From: Corallochytrium limacisporum Hawaii | Taxonomy: Eukaryota > Protista > Pluriformea | NCBI GenBank assembly: GCA_002811645.1 | Contig: PDIP01000045.1 | Coordinates: 1 to 64,000 of the forward strand | Reading direction: 5' to 3' | DNA: 64,000 nucleotides | Part shown: positions 36,701-46,496 of the stretch, one piece after another | Numbering within the stretch: position 1 is the stretch's first letter | Layout: the number at the start of each line of letters is the position of its first letter | Notes under the pieces: model-generated | Databases searched by the model: none | Told to the model about the DNA's origin: nothing | Seen by the model: the letters and a program-made list of their open reading frames with translations, nothing else | Made by a program: the position numbers and the translations under genes

Positions 36701-37461
36701 TGCACAGTGAGATGAATCGTGTTGAGGAGGAGAATAGTAATCTCCGAGCTCGTTTACGTGGTAGACCAACAGGAGACTCTCCATTGGGTGAACGAGTTTC
36801 CAAGGTAAGTGCGAAAACGACTCCAGTCTCCACTCCTCTGAAGGGCGCAGAGGCCACTGACCCTGCCCGGCAGATTCTTCGCCAGACAGTAGCTCCAGGT
36901 ACGAGTTCTTTGGAGGCCACAATTGATCTACTGAGGCAGCGCAACAACGCCCTACGAGCATCTGCTTTGGAAGCTCGCATGCTTAAGATGACCTCAGCAG
37001 GATTCAGTGCTACTAGTGCACTGCGTCCAGTTCATTATGAGCAGGAGCGCATCAAGACAGTTGCTCACCATCTCAAAGATCTCAATTCTGCGAACAGAAA
37101 GTGTGGTGGAGTCATCCGGATTGGTTCAACTCCTCAAGCAGAACAAGATGCTGCTATTCACAAGCAAACTGTCAAGTCATTGTCAGATCGTTCGTACCCC
37201 CTGTCAAAATCATCGATCAAGAGTCACACACGCTGTCATCGACTTTGGGAGCATGCTGCGGAACGTAAGGCCGTTGTCTCGCAAGCTCAGAGCCTGATGG
37301 CCTCAGTTAAAGAGATTATGGAGAAGGGACATGTGCCGGATGGCAAGCCAGTTCTCACCATCGCTGTGCCCGTTGCAGAAAGCGATGCATGTGTATCATT
37401 TGCTGCTAGTCTCAACCCCTCTAATCTCCACCGGATCCAACGGGGAATCTTCGGCCTGTGA
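33742..37461 (+). CDS. DCTN1: Dynactin subunit 1 (p150Glued)
   Basis: N-terminal CAP-Gly (YIGETDFKEGIWCGVVL..DGRNDGSVQGKRYF), basic S/T-P-rich linker and long coiled coil with the p150 signatures ELAGLDKEMAEE and RLKDALLRLRE. Confidence 0.92.
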   Translation: MSRTPESSFSVGDRVTVKGEHVGVIQYIGETDFKEGIWCGVVLGTKDGRNDGSVQGKRYFNCQPGYGVFVRASQLAVVEKSPTKASIRGGSGIPRRNQASPLPKSVEGTPQRTPQRTPVSETKSMMPVRRTVPPSLQASPPKSTKDVYQEAEQLQQQITKLESKILDLEVAQKRSTEMYEKQIADARSEARSDGQKASGFEMKVQHLETQNKVLQERVASLQTETQEFRKGKDDLESQVNRLTEQLKAANEGCELAGLDKEMAEEELAGLRIEFEESQLRVEELEAEVADLQCAGATSGMVDDDGPGMDGSARMAQTQKQIDRLKDALLRLREKSQMDAKIAEAQIKELSAQATKAIELQDTVERLQDRVNTLESSEAELKSQLDILAGSEDMIAKLCDKLLTLEDQTRELKDANRDLEDLLRMQEELEDGHIEQEKALQLEIDELLAELQRTELHHSQLQIALDDSEATVVKMRTKMADLVTSLRVMKEDTGKDITGSEHSKDADEFGQPASKSRLASYIDKELARCTTEHSNVLSSVAWSLLPSFFHGPGGIGVALQSLLNLKATKDFLRIIQACLQDFGAGNDAPIMFALDRASIGEEHKPSQSQIMAYPVATAVGCLNVRLDSIARYFSAASESEDLFHLRRNFDFNDLRSLNRCSEALEKAKSILLALVLEFKAISQLQSPPGLEKFGQMSDDVMEICRDLDGSLSTIGDSEMDSIRTFATQEGVPMTILGFRSDDADTIVLGRTFALECSNLEHQLGSLSVILSTETDRSDQLSGILNDTMVPMRQILRQLSRHAVPERNGASTMEFVGIASEFAREISNCSQYVQTVLLRATSDPVSVLESPDLAAVIETIESLSRTSKHMLEKLDGGEMRYTIAPQTEADCDASAETVIGVVRRSLQQSFESSSALEDQYAELQKEAQSLQEQLQKRNREFQSTRLRLDHIMNKVEVLQSKADRYEALQEELRIARANQRKTEHNLSELHSEMNRVEEENSNLRARLRGRPTGDSPLGERVSKVSAKTTPVSTPLKGAEATDPARQILRQTVAPGTSSLEATIDLLRQRNNALRASALEARMLKMTSAGFSATSALRPVHYEQERIKTVAHHLKDLNSANRKCGGVIRIGSTPQAEQDAAIHKQTVKSLSDRSYPLSKSSIKSHTRCHRLWEHAAERKAVVSQAQSLMASVKEIMEKGHVPDGKPVLTIAVPVAESDACVSFAASLNPSNLHRIQRGIFGL

Positions 37462-37913
37462 GGCCGAGGTGAATGCCACACACTGATGAAACTTAAATTG
37501 TACGCGCCGCTATGCTGACACTGTATTTGAAATGATGACCCTGGTGGTCGCTGATTATTCGTGATACGGCAATGTTTGAAATTGCAGACCCGACGTCCAT
37601 AATTTACCCAATGTACACATTAGACTAGATCCTTACGTAGAGTGTCTGCAATGACGAAATCAAGGAAAGGATTTTAACAAGTTGGCAATTATTTTTACGT
37701 TCTGCTCACTTATCTCGCTTCCTACCGCCCGGCCCGTTCAGCCCAGCAGAAACTTTTCGGGCCTTTACTAATGGAACCTAAGAACAACACATGGCCACGG
37801 CGCCACCCACCCCCACCACCAACCCGACCAGTTCCCACTCCCAGTCCTTCCGGGCCGGTTTTTTTTTCTCTTGGTGTAGAGCGTACTGAGCCATGTGGCG
37901 CACCCTCTCCACA

Positions 37914-38009
37914 CCCCCCCCCCCGGGGGGGGGGGGGGGGNNNNNNNNNNNNNNNNNNNNNNNNNNNNNNNNNNNNNNNNNNNNNNNNNNNNNCCCCCCG
38001 GGGGGGGGG
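37914..38009. repeat. CnGn palindromes on both sides of a 53-N gap (37941-37993)
   Basis: C11G16, gap, then C6G10. Probably a single hairpin-forming element that broke the assembly. Confidence 0.8.
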
Positions 38010-38982
38010 CGGGGGCGGGGAGAGCCTGGGACTCGCTGTCGGCTTGGCGGCGGTTGCATCCTTGTCGTTTTCCTGACCCAAATACACTACTACTCTTCGG
38101 GGCCCGCAGTGGTTGTGTCCCCTTGAGCAAGTCAGCATTTAGCACTGACCAATAAGGAGCACTGGGGTATACCATGCACACCTTCGCTCCGTCAGTTACT
38201 GCTGAGTCTGTAGGATGGTGCCATAACTGCTTCCAAACGTATCCCGACCTTGGGCATGATAAGGCGATGAGCAATAGGAGGCGAATATTGGATGGTGTGA
38301 GTAGGAAGGTTGTGAAAGATCCCCGTGCACTCCTCGGACCTATTCGTGGTATTGATGTTTGATCACACAGCAAGTCCTGTGTATCCGTGTATTCCTGCCA
38401 TTTTTCTAATGCCACGACGATGTGGTGGGGAGTGTTTGCTGCGATTGAGGCAAGAGCGGCAGAAAGCGCTTTCTGAATCTTTTTTTTTCGAAATCATACA
38501 CTTCATGAGTCAACTCATTGCTACACAATGCTAAACCAATTACCAACATGGCGCGCGCGCACAGACACAACTGTCTTTGATGTCTGCGGCTTTGGCACCA
38601 CCTGTAATAGTGTTTTGTAATTTCCCCGCCCACACTGTGTATGGGTGTGCGTTAAGACCGGCGTTGTGTGTTCATGCGTTGTTGTTTGTCGCGTTGTTTG
38701 CAGCGGTGTGAAGTGCAGTGCAGCCTCATCTGTTTCAGCTAAGGAATAGAAATTCTGCCGGACCTCTTGGTTATCGTTGACGGATATCGAAAAAATAGTT
38801 CTGCAACAAGTGGATACGAACCAACCAGGCCCCGGTTCGTTGTGGATTGGTAATGGTACATGAACGATGGGACGTGTGTTTGAGAAAAGAGGATCACATC
38901 TGAACAATGTTTCATGGAACACTTGATCAGTGGACTGGCAGAATTCGTGATAGTCGCTCAGTTGTTCTGAAACGGTTCAAAG

Positions 38983-41073
38983 ATGGCTCCTGAAAAACGC
39001 CCCAATTCCGCCGCCAACGGTGAGCCCAAGAGGCAAAAGCTGATTATCCCTGGTGTTGTTGGAAAGAGTATCAACAACATCCGGTCTCTGGCTATTGACA
39101 TGGTCCAGAGCGCCAACAGTGGTCACCCCGGTGCCCCAATGGGTCTAGCCCCGGTCGCTCACGTCCTCTGGGGAGAGACAATGAACTACAACCCTAAGAA
39201 CCGGTATTGGCCTGGTCGCGACCGCTTTGTTCTGAGTAACGGACACTCGTGTGCCCTTCAGTACGCTATGCTGCACCTAGCCGGCTACGATGTGACCAAT
39301 GAGGACATCAGCCACTTCCGTCAGGCTGGTTCCCGCACTCCAGGTCACCCCGAGAACCATGTCACTGACGGTATTGAGGTCACCACGGGTCCTCTAGGTC
39401 AGGGTGTTGCCAATGCTGTTGGTTTGGCCCTGGCTTCAAAGCACATTGCCGCCAAGTACAGCAGGCCCGGTTTCGAGGATTTGTTCGACACCAAGATCTA
39501 CTGCATCCTGGGCGATGGCTGCCACATGGAGGGTATTGCTTCTGAAGCCTGCTCTTTGGCCGGTCATCTGGGCTTGGACAATTTGATTTGTGTCTACGAT
39601 GACAACGAGATCTCTATCGACGGAAGCACTAACCTGGCTTTCACCGAAAACAATCAGATGCGCATGGAAGCCTACGGCTGGAACGTTATCATTGTCAAAG
39701 ACGGTGACCATGACCTGGACGCCTTCCGCGATGCCCTGAAGGTTGCGAAATCCACCAAGGGACGTCCCACCCAGATCAACATGCGCACCACCATCGGATA
39801 CGGAGCTCTGAAGGAGGCCACCCAAGCCGTCCATGGTGCTGCTCTCGGTGTTGAAGAGTGTAAGCGCGTGAAGGGTGTCATGGGAATGAATCCTGACGCT
39901 ATGTTTGAGGTCCTCCCCGAGGTTGCCGAATACTGGCAGAAGCATGGTGTTGAGGCCGGTGCCGAAAAGGAGAGAGTCTGGAACGAAAAATGGGCAAAGT
40001 ATGCTGCTGAGTACCCCAAGGAGGCTGCCGAGCTGGAGGCTACCCTGAAGAAGGAGTGGCCCGAGGGTCTGATTGAGGGATTCCCCAAGTGGACTCCTGA
40101 GGATAAGGCAGAGGCCACTCGCAAAACCCACCAGAAGTGTCTTGAGTACATCATGGGTGCCATGCCAAATGTTATTGGTGGCAGTGCTGATCTGGCTCCA
40201 TCTAATTGCACTATTACCAAGCACTCTAAGGACATTCAAGCAGGACATTATGACGGGAACAATATTCGATTCGGTGTCCGCGAGCATGCTATGGGGGCAA
40301 TTGCCAACGGTTTGGCTGCGTACGGTGGTCTGCTGCCATTTGTGGCCACTTTCAGCAACTTCCTGAGCTATTGCTGGCCTGCCGCCCGTCTGGCTGCCTT
40401 GTCTGAGTTCCAAGTGCTTTACACTCTGACCCACGATTCTATCGGATTGGGTGAGGACGGTCCCACTCATCAGCCCATTGAGATTCTGGCCTTGAGCCGT
40501 GCCTGCCCGAACATGCACACTTTCCGGCCCGCGGACGGTAATGAGACCTCCGGCGCCTACATCGAGGCTTTGAAGTTTAAGAAGGGTCCTAGCATTATGC
40601 ATTTCAGTCGCCAAAATCTTGCTCAGATTCCGGGTACGTCTGCGGAGAACGTTGCCAAAGGTGCCTACACTGTCATCGATGCGGAGGATGGTCAACCCGA
40701 GCTAATTTTCATCGCGACCGGATCTGAGGTCGAGATCTGCATGCACGCTATGAAGGAGGAGCCCTTGGCCAACAAGAAAGTCCGTCTTGTCAGTGCTCCT
40801 TGTCTAGAACTGTTCCGTCAAAGTGGTCTGGAGCATATCAACGCCACTCTTCTCCCCGGTGTTACTACTATCTTCGTCGAGGCAGGCGGTACTTTCGGTC
40901 TTCAGGAGTTCAGCCACGGTCAGATCGCCCTGAAAGATTTCGGGGCCAGTGGTCCGTACAAGAAGATCTACGAGCTCTTTGAGATGGATGCCCCCAACGT
41001 TGCGCGCCGCGCCGCTGAGTTCATGAAGCTCGGCTACACACACGGCCTCGACATCCAGCATCGTAATGTTTAG
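38983..41073 (+). CDS. TKT: Transketolase, yeast/bacterial type
   Basis: SGHPGAPMG, RDRFVLSNGH, TPGHPE, TTGPLGQG, TPP motif GDGCHMEG...N, FGVREHAM and THDSIGLGEDGPTHQP. Confidence 0.97.
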   Translation: MAPEKRPNSAANGEPKRQKLIIPGVVGKSINNIRSLAIDMVQSANSGHPGAPMGLAPVAHVLWGETMNYNPKNRYWPGRDRFVLSNGHSCALQYAMLHLAGYDVTNEDISHFRQAGSRTPGHPENHVTDGIEVTTGPLGQGVANAVGLALASKHIAAKYSRPGFEDLFDTKIYCILGDGCHMEGIASEACSLAGHLGLDNLICVYDDNEISIDGSTNLAFTENNQMRMEAYGWNVIIVKDGDHDLDAFRDALKVAKSTKGRPTQINMRTTIGYGALKEATQAVHGAALGVEECKRVKGVMGMNPDAMFEVLPEVAEYWQKHGVEAGAEKERVWNEKWAKYAAEYPKEAAELEATLKKEWPEGLIEGFPKWTPEDKAEATRKTHQKCLEYIMGAMPNVIGGSADLAPSNCTITKHSKDIQAGHYDGNNIRFGVREHAMGAIANGLAAYGGLLPFVATFSNFLSYCWPAARLAALSEFQVLYTLTHDSIGLGEDGPTHQPIEILALSRACPNMHTFRPADGNETSGAYIEALKFKKGPSIMHFSRQNLAQIPGTSAENVAKGAYTVIDAEDGQPELIFIATGSEVEICMHAMKEEPLANKKVRLVSAPCLELFRQSGLEHINATLLPGVTTIFVEAGGTFGLQEFSHGQIALKDFGASGPYKKIYELFEMDAPNVARRAAEFMKLGYTHGLDIQHRNV

Positions 41074-41192
41074 CTTTCACCTAAAGATGTCGGACACCAC
41101 ATTTCTTTTACCAACACATACACATGCACTTTATTACATCGTAACCCTGCTCTTACGGAGATTTTCGGTTGTCGAAATCCTTTTGGGCTCCA

Positions 41193-42395
41193 TCACGTTG
41201 ATGTCGTTTGTGGCGCCTGGGCACCTGGTTTCTGATCCCGGAAGGATGAATACAGTGTGTAGAGCAAGCGCATTGTGGTCTTTGGCTCGCCTTCAAGAAT
41301 ATCTTGCTTCGGAATCTTGTTCAGTTTCACACCCATGCGCTTCATCATATAGTAGGCCAACCTAATGTTGTCCATCTTTTCTTTGTCTGTCCTAGGAAGA
41401 GCATGGTACCGGCGGAAAGGAACGAACACGTTCGCCAAATGGCTCAGAAGAAGGATCAGGTAAACACCATCCCTAAAATCAGTATCAATACTCTTTGCAT
41501 GAACATCGAGTCGATTCAGGTGCGCATTAACAAAGCCCAGCAAGGAATCCCGGACCGAAGGCAGCTTTTCCGGTGCGTCCCTGAACAAGATGTCAAACGA
41601 ATCGACAGCACCCATACTGAGAACCTCGTCAGTTTCCTCGTCTGAGTACTCGTACTCTGCATAGTCAATATCAAGATCCCGGACTAATTGCTTGAGGTTA
41701 GTCGCCAAGGAAATATTGCCAATCTGGTCAGAGAGATCTCCCTGTGAACCCTTAATGGCCGTCAAATCCTCGGCACTTGATCGCTTCCCGTCTTCATCGT
41801 AGGTTATCTGGTATTTGACAACCTTGTTAACCTTTGCCTCTGAATCCTTAAAATCTGGATGATCTGCATTCTTGAGCATATTAATACTCAACGGAGCCGG
41901 GAGACTGAGGGTGAAGGGGATAACCTTTGTTAGCGCGACCAAAACATGCAAGACCGCTGGCAGCTCCTTATTGTAAATGCCGTCGACATCAAACGGATGT
42001 TTTTCAGTGCTGGAAACGCCCAGCTCTACTTCAATCACCCTTAGGCACAGTCGGATATTATCTTTCATGCTCCGCTCGCTTTGTGCTACTTCGCTGTAAG
42101 GAACCTCAACGCCCACAGCTCTCTTAATAAATATGGCCAGCAGAATGCCATCGTGAAGGTCCCTGGCCAGGTCCCTGACAACGATGTCATCGTGTTGCAA
42201 GTATGAGTTGAGCCACCGAGTTAAGTTGCTGATCAACTTTGTCACCTTTGGGTCCGACTTTGATGTATGATGAATTTCTAGAGGAAGATCTACTTTCGCC
42301 ACTGCCTGCAGTGTGTCACCGATGGTACTCAAGCCCTGTTCAGCAAACTGCTGATATTCTTTGCGCCTGTTCTTCGGCGCTGCAGCCTGTGCCAT
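41193..42395 (-). CDS. PARV: Parvin (two calponin-homology domains)
   Basis: WLNSYL..DDIVVRDLARDLHDG, VAQSE, DSFDILFRDAPEKL..V..SLLGFVNAHL, FRDGVYLILL, FVP and KTTMRLLYTLY. ATG at 42395. Confidence 0.92.
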   Translation of the reverse strand: MAQAAAPKNRRKEYQQFAEQGLSTIGDTLQAVAKVDLPLEIHHTSKSDPKVTKLISNLTRWLNSYLQHDDIVVRDLARDLHDGILLAIFIKRAVGVEVPYSEVAQSERSMKDNIRLCLRVIEVELGVSSTEKHPFDVDGIYNKELPAVLHVLVALTKVIPFTLSLPAPLSINMLKNADHPDFKDSEAKVNKVVKYQITYDEDGKRSSAEDLTAIKGSQGDLSDQIGNISLATNLKQLVRDLDIDYAEYEYSDEETDEVLSMGAVDSFDILFRDAPEKLPSVRDSLLGFVNAHLNRLDVHAKSIDTDFRDGVYLILLLSHLANVFVPFRRYHALPRTDKEKMDNIRLAYYMMKRMGVKLNKIPKQDILEGEPKTTMRLLYTLYSSFRDQKPGAQAPQTTST

Positions 42396-42826
42396 AGTTG
42401 AAATACTGCCTTTCCTTTCTTTAATGCACTGTAGAGGATCAGATGTATTTCCTGTCCTGATCAATGTCGCCTGGCCCTATTGAAATAGCTCTGTATCCTA
42501 GGACAGGTCCGTGAACGATGAGTGAAACCCTGGTGAACCCGATCTACAAACATTCCCCCTCCCCCCCCTCTGACCCTCCCTCCTCGGGGCGGTTTCCCGG
42601 GACGCCCGGCCACTCACTGGACCCACCAAAAAAATATTATCCAATCAGCGCCGGGAAATATGATGTGCACTAAATCAATAATATTGATTTTAAATCACAA
42701 TCTCGACACAAATTCAGCTCTAAGGAAGTGTTCGCTTGAATCTATTGTAGCGTTGATCTATTTGTTATTCTCAAAATTTGGTTTGCTTCGCGGTGGATTT
42801 GCGGATTGAGTATCTTGTTGGTCTAT

Positions 42827-45622
42827 TTACCGCACCAGTTCCCAATCACCATGTTTGGTACGCTTTGGTAACCAGCGTTTCAATGCTTGTGCATCGTTTT
42901 TGATAGCTACGTCAGCGTCAGGTTCGTGCTTGAACAGATCCTGAAAGTGGAGACCGCGGGCTTCATAAGCGTCATGGATGGCTTTCTGTCCTTCTGGATG
43001 GCGGTCCTGAAGTATACGATCAGTAATTCGAAGAAGATTCTGCGGGAACACTTTTGGATCACGCGCATTCTCTATCTGGTAGACGAGGAAGTCCGCTGCA
43101 CTGTCGACGTGACCATTACACAGTGCCAATGCCAGACTTTGGTACGCGACCTTGCAGTGGACAATGTCATTCCACTGCATTTCGTCCATAATGCCAAGTC
43201 CCTGGAGCTCAACAAAGCGGAATAGTGACGACAGCCCAGTACCACGCATATCACGGAAGCGGATACCCTCACGGACCATGGCAGAGAATATGTCAGCGTG
43301 GATATCTCCCGGGACGGCATCACGCTTCGTGTAGTGAAGAACATTGCTCATGACGCGATGGTCCACATTCTTTATCTGAGCAACAATGACGTCTCTCAAA
43401 AGGGTCCATTTTTGTTGCTGTACCAACTCCTTAATTGCACGCTGTAGCATGGCCGGTGTAACCTTCCTCCTGTGTATCATGTCTTCAGCATGAACACTGG
43501 CAACTGCACCTTCCCTGGTCTTGACAAACGTATGGGCCGGGTTGTGTGATTCCTTGGTCTCCAAAACGTCCAGCTTTGGCTCGAGCGGAAGGTACCAATC
43601 ATTGAATTCGATGTCATTTTCGGAATGGGTCGCAACATGCTGGACGAGGTGTCCCAAGGCATTCGCGTAGCTCTTGCTCATAGTCTCATCGTAGTTGGTT
43701 GCAACGCTTGTGATTGTCTCATCCGAGGGCAAGGAGTCGACGATGAACTCGACAAGACTTTTTGTAGCTCGTATAGGAACATGTGGACCACACAAAACGG
43801 CTGCACAAGACTTGATCGCTTCCGGTGAAGGAATTGGCAATGTAGTTTCCGTGTCATCAAAAGATGCACCGAGCCTTCGACGAGCTTCCTCCCAGCCAGT
43901 ACCCTTCAAGGCACCGAGTGCTTCACGCTCGTAGAACACTTCAAACAGTGCATACTGTGCTGCAGACGGTCGCACGCCATGTTCCATATCTTGCACCTTC
44001 AAGAGTGCCCACGCTCCTGTCTCACTACCATGGCGCAAAAGCTGGCTCTCCATCAGCTGCTGGAAGGCCTGTCGCTTTTCCGTACACGAGACCAAGTGTT
44101 CGCCGGCATCCCGGTTGTTGATGATCTGATTTTGAAGCAGACGATCGGCGACATGCGCAAAATTCTGCTGCCGTCCAATCACACGTGCAGCATTCAACCA
44201 GACCCTAGCCGGAAGATCATCAATGGAAAGATTGCTTATGCTCAGCTCATCCAATATTTTGACCATCGCCCCTGACGACTTCGAGGTGACTGGACCACGC
44301 GCAAGGTCTTCAACAATCTGAGTAACTGCATACGTGTTACCTTGCATGCCACTGTCCCCGAAAAGCTTTTCCACGAGGTCCTTGTACTGGCCAGAGCGCA
44401 GTTGCATTCTCATTTGCGTGAGGCGAATGTAGTTTGTCAGTACAGCTTTGAGATCGGGTGCCCCAACATCAAAGGTGACCGGCACGTTAGAGAATTGGAG
44501 CGATGGCGTATCAGCGGCGATAAGGGTTCCATCGTTTATGATATCTGACAATTTGCTAAGCCCCGTCCAGGATCGTGACTGCAGACAAGCATCTGCAATG
44601 AGGGCCACGTCCTGGGACCCAAGCTTCGCATCTGCTGCGCTCATCTTGGTAGACAGATACGTCAAGGCCTCTGTTGGTGCCTCTGTGTGAACGATGCCCC
44701 CTACACGAGGAAGAGCAAGTGTTCTGAAGAAGTTCAACCAGACCTGCTGGTTGATACACGCCTTTCCTCCGGGCAGCATTTCAGCCGTGAAATCGATGAT
44801 TTCTTGAGCCCTTTGCCCAATTTCCTGACGGCGGGCAAGAGCAGAAGGGCCAGATGCTCTGTGCCTCAATGCTCCCAGCAACACCTCTGAGTATGGTAGA
44901 ATGTCTTCAGGTTGATTGAAAATTCCCGACTCTCGCATGAATGACAAAGCTTTGGAAGCCTTTTTCAAACTTGTATGATGGGAAAATGCTTTTGATTTGA
45001 AATGCGGCAGCATGGACTCATGACTGGCCTGCAAGATATCATTTGAGGTCTTTCCACTCTCAACACACAAGCCGAACCACAAATGCAATTGCTTTCTTTG
45101 CACGCGAGACAGCTTCAAAGACCTCTCTGCGGATACATCTGCACCGGGCCCAGAGCCAGATTCGCCTCCAAAGGCATTAGGAACTTGCACGGATTCGGTA
45201 TGAAGTTGTGCGTGCTCGATGGCATACTGTAATCCTGTCGCCGATCCAAATTCCACTGTGTTTAGGTGAGGTTCTGGAGACTGTGTTGAATTCGTGTGCT
45301 TCCCATATTTGTACACAAATCCAGATGTCTCCTGGGTGGTAGCATGGGAGGAAGCAGCGTGCTGGCGGACTGACTTTGTCGCCTTGCTGAAATATCGCAT
45401 TTGCTGATCAAAATATCTAGGCATGGATACATAGGGATTCAGACTGTAACCTGCGACGGGCGCCCCAAGTGCATTCGTTGTCGTTTGTTCCTGGCGTGCT
45501 CTGTACAGCAACGCGATATGAAGACCGTTTGCCAAGGTCGCAAATGTTGCCATTCGTGTCACAACATTGTACGGATTTTTGGCTTTAGAGCCTAACGTAA
45601 AGAACCTACCCGCTAACACCAT
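42827..45622 (-). CDS. Uncharacterised 931-aa, apparently alpha-helical protein with possible mitochondrial presequence
   Basis: Uninterrupted 2.8-kb ORF from ATG 45622. The first ~44 aa are basic/hydroxylated and lack acidic residues (MVLAGRFFTLGSKAKNPYNVVTRMATFATL). No recognisable catalytic motif. Confidence 0.8.
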   Translation of the reverse strand: MVLAGRFFTLGSKAKNPYNVVTRMATFATLANGLHIALLYRARQEQTTTNALGAPVAGYSLNPYVSMPRYFDQQMRYFSKATKSVRQHAASSHATTQETSGFVYKYGKHTNSTQSPEPHLNTVEFGSATGLQYAIEHAQLHTESVQVPNAFGGESGSGPGADVSAERSLKLSRVQRKQLHLWFGLCVESGKTSNDILQASHESMLPHFKSKAFSHHTSLKKASKALSFMRESGIFNQPEDILPYSEVLLGALRHRASGPSALARRQEIGQRAQEIIDFTAEMLPGGKACINQQVWLNFFRTLALPRVGGIVHTEAPTEALTYLSTKMSAADAKLGSQDVALIADACLQSRSWTGLSKLSDIINDGTLIAADTPSLQFSNVPVTFDVGAPDLKAVLTNYIRLTQMRMQLRSGQYKDLVEKLFGDSGMQGNTYAVTQIVEDLARGPVTSKSSGAMVKILDELSISNLSIDDLPARVWLNAARVIGRQQNFAHVADRLLQNQIINNRDAGEHLVSCTEKRQAFQQLMESQLLRHGSETGAWALLKVQDMEHGVRPSAAQYALFEVFYEREALGALKGTGWEEARRRLGASFDDTETTLPIPSPEAIKSCAAVLCGPHVPIRATKSLVEFIVDSLPSDETITSVATNYDETMSKSYANALGHLVQHVATHSENDIEFNDWYLPLEPKLDVLETKESHNPAHTFVKTREGAVASVHAEDMIHRRKVTPAMLQRAIKELVQQQKWTLLRDVIVAQIKNVDHRVMSNVLHYTKRDAVPGDIHADIFSAMVREGIRFRDMRGTGLSSLFRFVELQGLGIMDEMQWNDIVHCKVAYQSLALALCNGHVDSAADFLVYQIENARDPKVFPQNLLRITDRILQDRHPEGQKAIHDAYEARGLHFQDLFKHEPDADVAIKNDAQALKRWLPKRTKHGDWELVR

Positions 45623-46496
45623 CTTTTCAATCTGTATGGAATTATCCTTGGAGCCTGTGGCTCGAAGACGATTTACGCCATAATTATGACCTGTGTATAT
45701 ATAGAAAATATACAGTTCCCGTTCGTGTTCCACACAAAACTTTAGCGTCACCTTTGAATAATTGTACTATCTTAAAACTCTATAATTTTCGATTTGACAG
45801 TTCGCGGGATCAAGTACCATGTCACAGAATATACACTGCAAACCGAGGGAGCACTGCGTGGGCCAAACCCGCCGACCATGAGACCCCCCCTCCCAGCCGT
45901 GTTCCCCCTCTTTGTCGGTCCGTGATATCTCCTTCAAAGTGTTACAGTTGTGGAACGGGTGGTCGCGCTACTGGTAGAGGGAAGTAACGCGGGCGCCCGG
46001 CAGGAAGAGGCAGAAGGAAGGGGGCGGACTTTTTCGGTCACCGAAGGAAAGGTTTCGGTGCCCTTTTGATTCGCCATATGACTCGGGGGTTTTGTTCGCG
46101 TGGTGTGATAGCCCTTTTTGTTTTGTACGACCTTATGCTCGCACTAGGAAATATATAATGGGTGAAAATCTAAAACGGCAGACACGTCCGGTTATTACTA
46201 CAGAGAGCATGTTCGCTTTTGGCCACAGCGGAGAAAATTGCACAGGAGGCACAATACACCCAAAAGTGAAAATACCTGTGCCCTTCGTTAATTCCGGGGT
46301 GAGGTGTGGCGTGTGAACTGGCCGATCCAAGACTACGCAATCCGGTGTGCTATTTGTGGCAACCATGGGTGGCACCTTCGGGGGAAGCGCTTCTTGTAAC
46401 CGGTTGAGTATGAAGACGTTCAAAGTCTGGCGATCACTTGGCATTCGGAAACAGACATAGGCTTTGCTTATCAACCAGGTTCAAAGAACGTCGGCT

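Noticed and set aside
39436-40695. 419-aa antisense ORF inside transketolase (likewise 52671-53624, 55835-56869 and 57413-58063)
   Set aside because: Shadow ORFs opposite strongly codon-biased genes, with no independent motifs.
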